From Nitrospirales bacterium (GTDB lineage: Bacteria > Nitrospirota > Nitrospiria > Nitrospirales > UBA8639), in contig CBDBCZ010000019.1 in assembly GCA_965203295.1 (NCBI GenBank), positions 1,024,001 to 1,088,000 of the forward strand: DNA of 64,000 nt, in the 5' to 3' direction. The notes beneath the pieces were generated by a model that made no database searches, was not told the DNA's origin, and saw only the letters and a list, made by a program, of their open reading frames with translations. This document shows, piece after piece, positions 55,871 to 64,000 of this stretch. Positions within the stretch are counted from its first letter, which is position 1; the number at the start of each line of letters is the position of its first letter. The position numbers and the translations under genes are program-made.

Positions 55871-56965
55871 CTAGATTTGCGCTTTGACATCCAATTCGTG
55901 AGCCTTACGACCACCTCGGGCGAGTTTGCGATCTGGGACTTGCCCTTCAACCATCAACTTGGCCATATCCACGGCTCGAGTCACTAATTCCTGAGCGCCT
56001 TCCAGAAGCTCTTTACTCCGCTGGACGTATTGCACATTACGTTCCATGTCTTCGGCACTCCAGCCGCGGGAGTGGGCAATGAAGGGAAACTGTGGGAACT
56101 GGCAGCCGACTTCAGCGAAAAACCCAAGAAGCTGTCCAGCCACGTCCTGTACATTGTCCTGTCCTCCGGTGATGATGAAGGCGGCCATTTTGTTTTTGAG
56201 TAGGTGGCGGCCTGCGATGGTTTCCTGGTTCTGAATGCAGTTCATCCGTTCGACCATCTTGTAATAGAGACTGCTCGCGGTTCCCCAGCGGATCGGCGTG
56301 GCAACGAGAATGACATCGCCCCAATGAACGAAGGCTTCATAGACACGATCGAGTTGATCGTTCGGGGCCATCTGTGTGATGGAACAGGGCCACGTACAGG
56401 CACGTGCAGACTTTGAGTAGTAGCCTTCACAGGGGTGAAACGACAAAATGTATCGCGTTTCGACCTTAAGCTGTGTCCTGGCGTGGTCGAGCGCAACTTC
56501 CAGCAACGCATCTGACGTGCTGTATCGCGGATACTGCTGATTCACCACGGTGGTTGAAATGCCCGCGACGCGAATCGGACCATCTTATCGCACAGGCGGT
56601 CGTGCGAGGGGATGGGGTTCGTGGGGCTTCTTGCTGCGCTTGGTTGCAGATGAAAGGTCGACGTAGACACGGTCGTTCTCGACCTTCACGGCATACGCCG
56701 GAACATGATCCTCCTCGAACCCTGGCTCTCCCTGGCCTGTCTTGCGGTGGAATTTCCAATAATGCCAAGGACACACGACATAGTCTCCTTCCAGCCAGCC
56801 CTCGCCAAGAGGGCCACCGACGTGGTTGCACACGTCCAAAATGGCTGTCCATTCGCCGTCTTTGTAAACGATGGCAACTTTGGTTTTCCCATGGGTCATT
56901 TATGTTACCGGCCGTTGCTGCAGGTCGCGCACGTGGCCGACTTCGATCCATTCTCCGTCTGGCAT
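55871..56965 (-). pseudogene. Rieske [2Fe-2S] plus flavodoxin-like FMN reductase fusion, two in-frame TAA
   Basis: CNHVGGPL and CPWH; CEGYYS..CTWPC, ATPIRWG; stops at 56900 and 56585, all in one frame. Confidence 0.85.
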
Positions 56966-57084
56966 ATAGCCTCCTTGTCTAAGCCGACGACATGAAATTT
57001 ATTGAGTTGGAAGGGTTACTTGCATGGCGCTAGTCACGAGATGGGATCACTTCAATTTATCCCTTTCCCTTTGCATCGCTATTC

Positions 57085-57121
57085 TTGACGGATACTTTCT
57101 GTGATGCTAGTATTGCATCAC
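57085..57121 (+). promoter_or_regulatory. Sigma70 promoter overlapped by palindromic operator of vapBC
   Basis: TTGACG-N17-TAGTAT; GTGATGC-N7-GCATCAC. Confidence 0.65.
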
Positions 57122-57163
57122 TATGAAACATATTATGATACACTTACTAGAAAGGATTAAGTT

Positions 57164-57418
57164 ATGGCGGTGACACTGAGAAATCTACCCAAAAAACTTG
57201 ATCAGTCTATTCAAAGACGAGCAAAGGAAAACGGCATCAGCGTCAATAAAGCAGTGATTTCCCTCTTGGAGGAAAGCCTTGGAATGAAATCCGGCAAGCC
57301 TCCAGCGGAATATCATGATCTCGATGCGCTTGCTGGAGCTTGGACGAAGGCAGAAGCCGATGCTTTTGATAAGCGATTGGCTAAGCAACGATTCATCGAT
57401 CCCGAACTTTGGGCCTGA
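57164..57418 (+). CDS. Ribbon-helix-helix antitoxin (VapB/FitA-like)
   Basis: VTLRNLP..RRAKENGISVN..DLDALAGAW. Confidence 0.8.
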   Translation: MAVTLRNLPKKLDQSIQRRAKENGISVNKAVISLLEESLGMKSGKPPAEYHDLDALAGAWTKAEADAFDKRLAKQRFIDPELWA

Positions 57419-57825
57419 TGCGAATTTTCCTCGATACCTCTGCCTATTCAGCCTTCTTGCGAGATCATAAGCAAATCAAGCACGTCATTCAACGAGCGGA
57501 AGCAATTTGGATTAGTGCCATCGTTCTTGGGGAATTGTACGCAGGGTTTATCCGTGGCCGACAAAGGCAGAAAAATGAGGACCTCTTAAACCAATTCTTG
57601 AGTTCGCCACGCGTTCATATTTCACCAGTGGATGAAGGAACGGCTGAACGGTATGCCGTTATTCTGAACGAATTTTGGAAAGCTGGTAACCCAATTCCGA
57701 CTAATGACCTGTGGATTGCAGCCAGTGTTATGCAATACGGACTGATCCTTCTGACGACAGACGCTCATTTCCTCAAAGTCTCTCAAATCATTGCTCGCCA
57801 TTTTTCCCCAAGTAGCTCACGATAG
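57418..57825 (+). CDS. vapC: PIN-domain toxin VapC
   Basis: LDTSAYS, VLGEL, PIPTNDLWIAA, TTDAHF; TGATG coupling. Confidence 0.9.
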   Translation: MRIFLDTSAYSAFLRDHKQIKHVIQRAEAIWISAIVLGELYAGFIRGRQRQKNEDLLNQFLSSPRVHISPVDEGTAERYAVILNEFWKAGNPIPTNDLWIAASVMQYGLILLTTDAHFLKVSQIIARHFSPSSSR

Positions 57826-57994
57826 CAGAAAACGGGGGAGTAAGTTTTGAAAAACCATATGTTTTGACCCAACAGAGGCAATCATGCGAAGGATTGCAGA
57901 TGGAAAAAAAGGCGAGGTCGATATTTGACACGGGGTTGAGAATAATGCGAAAAGACCGTTTCGACAAATCTACCTCTTATAAAGGAGAAGACAC

Positions 57995-58266
57995 ATGGCA
58001 AAAGCACGTGCCCGTCATATTTTGGATCAACAAAGGAAAAATGTGAGGACCTTAAAACACAAATTGAATCTGGTGGGGATTTTGCTGCCTTGGCGAAAGA
58101 CTATTCAACGTGCCCTTCAGGAAAACAAGGTGGAGACCTTGGGGAGTTTAGGCCCGGTCAAATGGTTAAGGAATTTGTTTAGTGGTGAGGTTGGAAAAGT
58201 CCACGGTCCCGTGCAGACCAAATTTGGGTACCATCTCCTCGAAATTACCAGCCGTATACTCCCTAA
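57995..58266 (+). pseudogene. ppiC: Parvulin-type PPIase, frameshifted
   Basis: ARARHIL start, [13 protein letters not shown] in another frame, GPVQTKFGYHLLEI. Confidence 0.8.
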
Positions 58267-58498
58267 GCCGCATACACTCCTTGACGTGTCGCCTCATTGT
58301 TCGTAGTTGCAGATACGTCGACATTCTCTAAAGACTGAGGGTCTTCCTTGGTTGATATCGAAGGAAACCCAATCAACCGAAAGTCGATAACCTTTCCTTC
58401 TTTGCCTCTATTCAAGGTATGAATGTAAAAATGTGTTTGTTTAATCGGGGCATGCCCCAAGGAATATATTGCGGTATGCCCCGATGCTTGGATAAAGA

Positions 58499-59040
58499 TT
58501 ACGGGGTTGGGCCTGCTTTGACGTCCAACACCTTCACGTCAAAGTACAAGGTTTTTCCTGCCAAAGGATGGTTGAAATCCAGCACAACCACTTCTTCTTT
58601 CATTTCTTTCACCATGGGGCGAATGATTCGGCCTTTTGGATCTTTGCCTTGTAGCTGCATCCCGACCTTTCGAGCATCTGGTGGAATCTGGTCGATGGGG
58701 ATTTCTTGATACCCACGTGGATCCACCTCTCCATATCCTTCTTTTGGATCTACGGTTACCTTTTTGCTTTCACCCGCTTTCATGCCTTCCAACGCCTGTT
58801 CCAGACCTGGAATAATTTGGTGAGATCCTTGTGTAAAGGTGAGAGGGTTACCTCCCACATTGGTTCTAAAACTGATTGATCTTCTAACGTCAGGGTGTAC
58901 TCCAGAGACACCATCGTTCCATCAGCAACCGTCATGCTGGATTCTCCTTCCGAGGATTCGGCATGGATAGATGTAGGAACTGCTCCTGCGACAAGCGCAA
59001 AGGCACACAAAATCTTTATGGTGAGTCGATGCAATACCAT
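58499..59040 (-). pseudogene. FKBP/SlyD-type PPIase with signal peptide, frameshifted at ~58860
   Basis: VSLEYTL; IIPGLEQAL, PKEGYG, DFNHPLAGKTLYFDVKV. Confidence 0.85.
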
Positions 59041-59432
59041 ACAACTGATCCTCCGCTTAGAGTATGTGGAAAATGTCGTCTGGAAAAGATCGCGGCTCTC
59101 AGCCAGGGGAGACAAAAAGGCGAGCGGTTCCACGATAGGAAATTATTAATAACATCATATCAAATCGATTGGTTCTGCGCTATCTGGTGAGGAGTAGGAA
59201 GTAGTTGAAACATTCCTTCTTGTCTATTTCGACTCTAGTTCATTAGGCTATTGGTTGGTTTGATCGTGGAAGGAATGGCGAAAAATATGATTATCACTCA
59301 AGATATTGAAACTGGGAAGGCTGGCTTGAGGGACCCCGATGAACGGATCATCAGAGCTAAAAGAGGGGTCAAAAGGCTACCTCAATATGTCTTCTACTTT
59401 TCTTTGAAAGCCGATTAGAAAAAGGAATAAAC

Positions 59433-60149
59433 ATGGAAGAGAGTCTGAAAATGAAGACGGGAATTCCCGTTTTTGCCACTATCGGGTGGCTCGTCATTCT
59501 CGTGGCCGGAATGCGCGCTGCTGATTCCATTTTAGTACCCTTTCTGTTCTCGGTGTTTCTGGCGATCATTTGTGGTGCTCCCGTTTTTTGGTTGAAGAGA
59601 AAAGGGGTGCCCTCGGCCATGGCTGTGCTGCTGGTCATGATTGGGGTCATGGAGATTGGAGTCGTTATCGTTGCCATGGTTGGCAATTCCGTCGGGGATT
59701 TCTCGCAAGCGCTCCCTCGGTACGAAGCCCGCCTTCATGAGGAAATGGGCTCCGTCTTGATGTGGTTGCAGAGGAGTGGAGTCGAGATCTCTATCCAAGG
59801 TCTGCCCAGCTACGTCGATCCGGGGGCTGCCATGCAACTAGGCACCAGAATGTTGACTGGGTTGGGAGAGATGTTCACCAACACCTTTCTAATTCTCCTC
59901 ACCGTCACGTTCATTTTATTCGAAGCTTCGACCTGTACGCAGAAATTGCAGATGGTATGGGGTCCGGGTAAGGTCTCTTTTGCCTCCTTCACCCAGTTTA
60001 CCCAGGACGTCCAGAGATTACTGGCCATCAAAACGATTGTGAGTATAGGAACCGGATTGGCTGTAGGGATTTGGGTGGCTGTGTTGGGTGTGGATTTCCC
60101 CGTCTTGTGGGGAATGTTAGCCTTTTTGCTGAACTACATCTATAGGTAA
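59433..60149 (+). pseudogene. AI-2E family transporter, 3'-truncated
   Basis: ILVPFL, LAIKT, LGVDFPVLWGMLAFLLNYI then abrupt stop. Confidence 0.8.
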
Positions 60150-60492
60150 AGGTCGAGCCTTGTTCGCAGTGCTGTTCTAAATCTCCTTTGCAACTGTTGC
60201 ATCTGCGGCAGGAACCTACTAGGCATCCAACAGCAGCCGTATCGCCTTCTCTAAACTTCGATGCCTTAGAGCCGACCTTGGTGACATGGCCGACGATTTC
60301 ATGCCTTGGGACACAAAGGTAAACCGTATTGTGCCATTCGTTACGCGCTTGATGGATATCAGAATGGCAAACGCCGCAATAAAGAATCTCGATCTCCATA
60401 TCCTTTTCGCCTGGATCGCGACGGAAAATTTCGTGCATATTGAGTGGTTTATCAAACTGAAGGGCTGCATAGGCTTTAATCGTCTGTGTCAT
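60143..60492 (-). pseudogene. Zn-dependent alcohol dehydrogenase (CAD/YahK-like), 3'-truncated
   Basis: CGVCHSD, VPRHEIVG, GCLVGSCRRCNSC, EQHC; ends at STFTY. Confidence 0.85.
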
Positions 60493-60699
60493 GTTTGCTC
60501 CTTCCGCATTTATAATAATAGGCCGGTCTAATATTATTGTTAACACAAATCTTAAGAAACTTACGAGGATCACTTATAGCTATAAAAGTTTCTTTAGCTA
60601 GAGTCTTTCTTATCCCTTAAAATTGCAACTGAGTCGGTTGCATCTCTCTGATAGGAGGATGATATTTTCGGTCCAATTACACTTCCATTCGGGGCGAAA

Positions 60700-61056
60700 A
60701 TGCTTTTCAACACGGTCAAGCTCAAGCCCGGCGTCAATTTCGACCAGGTCGAGCTGGCTGTTGGAGAAATGTGCATGGTCATCAAGGAAACCTACGGCGG
60801 AAAGAAAGGGGGATTTATTGCTGGACAGGTCTTCAAGTTCTACGGCTTCGTCTCCAACGAAGGCTCACTTAGTGACTCCAAGACTGCTGATGACCATTAC
60901 GCGATGGTGACATATTGGCACTCGTTTGAAGATCATCAAAAATCCCATGCTGACGAAGTCTTCCGCAAGACGTTCACCGCATTGAGCGACATGTGCTCTG
61001 ACACGAAGGAACTTGGATATGACATGCTGTGGCAGGGAGCCGCAGAGCCCCAATAG
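60700..61056 (+). CDS. Hypothetical dimeric alpha-beta barrel-like protein
   Basis: VTYWHSFEDHQKSH pattern resembling ABM-type folds. Confidence 0.65.
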   Translation: MLFNTVKLKPGVNFDQVELAVGEMCMVIKETYGGKKGGFIAGQVFKFYGFVSNEGSLSDSKTADDHYAMVTYWHSFEDHQKSHADEVFRKTFTALSDMCSDTKELGYDMLWQGAAEPQ

Positions 61057-61205
61057 CTTGAGCAACTTCAGTTAACCAGTTGTCAAGCCTGTCCAGATCC
61101 TGTCATGTCAATCCAAGACGAGTCTCACCATTCACAAAATCCATGGGCGTTCATCTTTCTCATCGCTTGTCCAATTTATCCACCAAAACACTGGAGGAAT
61201 TCCCA

Positions 61206-62132
61206 ATGCTCGATCTTTCCATTGATCATTTTATTCCGTGGATTGTCGCCACGTTGACACTCGTTGCTGATTCTGGATTCAGAATAATCCTACTCATCAT
61301 CGTGGCCTATCTTGCCGCGCGATCTGTGAGATTTGGCATTTCTCGACTCACCATCCTTCTCCTTCGAAGAAGTGAAGTAAAAGATGATGATCCTCCTGGT
61401 GCCTTAGAAAAACGGGTCAACACTTCTACAGGTCTCATAAAGACGATTAGCATCACCTTAATCTGGGCGATCACCATTGTCATGGCTTTGGCACAGGTTG
61501 GCCTTGATATTACTCCTATTCTTGCCAGTGCTGGAGTGATCGGAGTCGCCGTAGCGTTCGGTGCACAAAATCTCGTACGAGATATCATTGGTGGTTTCTT
61601 CCTTGTTCTTGAAAACCAGGTCCGTGTTGGTGATGTCGCTATTGTGAATGGGACCGGCGGATTAGTCGAAGCGATCACGTTCAGAACCATTACGCTTCGT
61701 GACTTAGCTGGTGTCGTTCATGTGTTCCCTAATGGAACCATTAATACGTTATCGAACATGACAAAAGGGTGGTCCGCCTATGTCATAGATGTCGGAGTCG
61801 CTTATAAAGAAGATACGGATCAGGTGGTTGCCGTCATGAAGGAGGTCGGTGATGAATTGCAAAGAGACTCAGATTACAGTCCTAAAATTCTTGAACCAAT
61901 AGAAATTTTTGGAGTTGATGGATTTGGTGAATCTGAAGTGGTCGTGAAAGCACGCCTAAAAACAATCCCTATCGAACAGTGGACGGTTGGCAGGGAATAT
62001 CGCAGAAGGCTCAAAAAGGCTTTTGATTCCGCAGGCATTGAAATTCCTTTCCCACATCGTACGTTGTATATGGGAGAAGCGAGCGGACCTTTTCAGTTTC
62101 AAAATCAAGGTGCTGTGATTTCCACAAACTAG
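61206..62132 (+). CDS. MscS-family mechanosensitive channel
   Basis: GVAVAFGAQNLVRD, VGD, GLVEAITFRT, FPNG, GIEIPFP. Confidence 0.92.
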   Translation: MLDLSIDHFIPWIVATLTLVADSGFRIILLIIVAYLAARSVRFGISRLTILLLRRSEVKDDDPPGALEKRVNTSTGLIKTISITLIWAITIVMALAQVGLDITPILASAGVIGVAVAFGAQNLVRDIIGGFFLVLENQVRVGDVAIVNGTGGLVEAITFRTITLRDLAGVVHVFPNGTINTLSNMTKGWSAYVIDVGVAYKEDTDQVVAVMKEVGDELQRDSDYSPKILEPIEIFGVDGFGESEVVVKARLKTIPIEQWTVGREYRRRLKKAFDSAGIEIPFPHRTLYMGEASGPFQFQNQGAVISTN

Positions 62133-62176
62133 GCGCGATGTGTCGTCGCCCGTGATCTGACAGAGAGAAGGACCAT

Positions 62177-62539
62177 ATGCAAGGCCTTTCGACCATTGCC
62201 ATGATTATTTCTGTGGTGTGTTTTCCCCTCGCTTGCCTGGCTCTTCTTTATCCACACATCATCAGGCCGAGGGGACGATTGAGAGGGTTTTCTACTTACC
62301 TCCTGGCTTCCCTTTTCACTTTAATCGTTGCGGCCATGACCTCTTCTGAACAGAAGGCTGCCTTGCGTGATTGGGAATGGGAGGATTGGATGGTATTTGT
62401 GTCCTTGGCCGTTCCCATCGTTGCGTTTCTGATGAGGGGAAGACTGAGGAAGACTTCTGGGAAGAATACCCTAGTCTCTCTTCGGGGGAAAAAGAAGCAG
62501 GAAAAAGATAGACGTCCGAATATCGTCAAGAAGAAATAA
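62177..62539 (+). CDS. Hypothetical membrane protein
   Basis: Three hydrophobic segments, basic tail, AAGGA RBS. Confidence 0.6.
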   Translation: MQGLSTIAMIISVVCFPLACLALLYPHIIRPRGRLRGFSTYLLASLFTLIVAAMTSSEQKAALRDWEWEDWMVFVSLAVPIVAFLMRGRLRKTSGKNTLVSLRGKKKQEKDRRPNIVKKK

Positions 62540-62772
62540 AAAAATATTCTCAAAAGAATTTCTTCCATTTCAGTGACGTATTTTATTGATTTACCTGGAT
62601 TTCTTTGTGAAGCCAAGGCCTTTTCCCCGTTCCCCCTTCTTACCGCTAGGTGGCATTGAGCCTTACTTGGTATCTCCTTTGCTAGGCGATTTTTGATTGA
62701 CTCTGATGTTGGAGAGGCGTAGCATTTTTACTGATACAAGGTTAGCCGTGAATAACAAGAAGGAGGTCTCTT

Positions 62773-62955
62773 ATGAAAGACCTAAGTCCGCCTGACCATG
62801 TAGGCCCGCTCGTCGGTCATGATGCCTCATACGGAGGTGGCGGGACTTCTGTTTTGACTGAGCCATTCCCCCCCTATCCGGAAGCGCCTATAGGCGATGT
62901 GGAAATCCACCCGAACTTCCGTTTGAGGAAATGGGGTAAACATTCTACAGAGTAG
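62773..62955 (+). CDS. Small hypothetical protein
   Basis: AAGGAGG RBS; terminator downstream. Confidence 0.4.
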   Translation: MKDLSPPDHVGPLVGHDASYGGGGTSVLTEPFPPYPEAPIGDVEIHPNFRLRKWGKHSTE

Positions 62956-63065
62956 AAATCTAGAGTGGCCGGTAGAGGAATAGACAGAAGGTCCCCACAT
63001 TTCACCGGCAGTTGGGTCAAAAAGACAGATTGAGGCTCCAGCCAAAGGCAAGTAACAGTTGCCAG

Positions 63066-63106
63066 AACGAGCCGCTTCCCACAAGGAAGCGGCTCGTTTT
63101 ATTTTT
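63066..63106 (+). terminator. Intrinsic terminator
   Basis: AACGAGCCGCTTCC-CACAA-GGAAGCGGCTCGTT then T run. Confidence 0.75.
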
Positions 63107-63452
63107 CCCGACTTTTTTATCAAGAAAACAAGGGGGAAGGTCCAAAGGACTTTTATTGTTAACGGTCTAAGGAAAGACACGAGGAGCATCAAGGTGCCAG
63201 ATTATAGGAAAAATGCCTATTGCACATATTGGCATTTTGACACCTTAAGATGACTCAGCGAGGGAAACTAAGTGTTTTCTTTTTTCTCATGGATCATAAT
63301 ACCGTTTTCACCTGTTATCCTTCGATTGTCAGATTGGACAGCTACGGTGAGAATCGTTGAGACATGTAGAATGGGTAGGATCTGTGCCGGAATGCTACCG
63401 TCATCGTCTAGAGGAAAGGTGGGCGAGACCTCATTGTGAAAGGGGAGTTTAT

Positions 63453-64000
63453 ATGACACGTCGCTCGGGAAAACATGGAACACAATCCAAAGACGTGAGG
63501 ACCTTGGCGATCGATATCGGGGGAATGGGAATAAAAGCCTTGGTCCTTGATGAGGTTGGCTCTCCCCTGACGATGCGAGAGCGAATTCGGACACCTAAGC
63601 CTGCAACGCCTGAAGCTGTGGTAGAGACTATCCGGGAACTTGCGCGCTCGCAGGGGAATTTTGACCGTATTTCTGTGGGATTTCCTGGTGTGGTGCGGCG
63701 GGGTATCGTCTTCACTGCCCCGAATCTTGATTCTTCCTGGCAAGGCTATAATTTAGTCGAAGCGTTAAAAGCGAAGTTGAGAAAGCCCGTTCGAGCCTCC
63801 AATGATGCGCATGTTCAGGGGTTTGGAGCGATAACAGGAGAAGGGGTTGAATTAGTGGTGACGTTAGGAACGGGTTTTGGATCGGCATTGTTTGTTGATG
63901 GAAAGTTGGTTCCGAATTTAGAGGTCGCACATCATCCTTTTCATGGCCGCAAAACATATGAAGAGGAGCTCGGGATTCAAGCTCTCCGAAAAGTTGGGAA
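63453..64000 (+). CDS. ROK-family kinase (polyphosphate glucokinase-like), runs off window; absent from the ORF track
   Basis: Translated by eye: LAIDIGG-GIK, SVGFPGVV, NDAHVQG, VTLGTGFGSALF, NLEVAH. Confidence 0.85.
   Translation, partial: MTRRSGKHGTQSKDVRTLAIDIGGMGIKALVLDEVGSPLTMRERIRTPKPATPEAVVETIRELARSQGNFDRISVGFPGVVRRGIVFTAPNLDSSWQGYNLVEALKAKLRKPVRASNDAHVQGFGAITGEGVELVVTLGTGFGSALFVDGKLVPNLEVAHHPFHGRKTYEEELGIQALRKVG

Noticed and set aside
18767..56965. Stop-codon reassignment or selenocysteine/pyrrolysine explaining the in-frame stops
   Set aside because: TAA, TAG and TGA all occur, at positions expecting different residues (W, G, Q, Y, R, E), together with frameshifts; all three also end intact genes
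63125..63200. c-di-GMP-I riboswitch (GGTCTAAGG)
   Set aside because: Lacks the GCAAA/GAAA first stem

Overview
Bacterial chromosomal window that looks like Nitrospirales. This is inferred from gene order, the cytochrome c family and a dispersed repeat, and was not verified by search. Positions 1-18.3 kb are mostly intact housekeeping genes: tolB (partial), a long coiled-coil lipoprotein, cpoB, mutL, miaA, mtnP, a PfkB kinase, rodZ, cdd, cytochrome c, a HEAT protein and a UvrD helicase. tRNA-Arg(CCG) and tRNA-Lys(CTT) follow. The remaining ~45 kb is an accessory region in heavy decay, with at least a dozen in-frame stops plus frameshifts, internal deletions and substitutions in conserved motifs. 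It holds: (i) a BMP-type ABC importer with a biuret hydrolase-like gene; (ii) an operon of deaminase, permease, allophanate-hydrolase C-domain-like protein, BiuH/TrtA-like hydrolase, DUF2877, FdrA, DUF1116 and carbamate kinase, suggesting an ATP-yielding ureide/N-heterocycle catabolic route; (iii) a NarX/PilJ-like sensor kinase and sigma54 activator next to cytochrome c and DUF3047 genes that share candidate enhancer and promoter motifs; (iv) three toxin-antitoxin loci, two with dead toxins; (v) a TetR-ABC-MFP-OMF exporter; and (vi) an HNH-like ORF. Three copies of a ~160-175 bp structured element with terminal inverted repeats are dispersed in the window, two of them sitting on stop codons. 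No CRISPR array, rRNA or intact transposase was seen.
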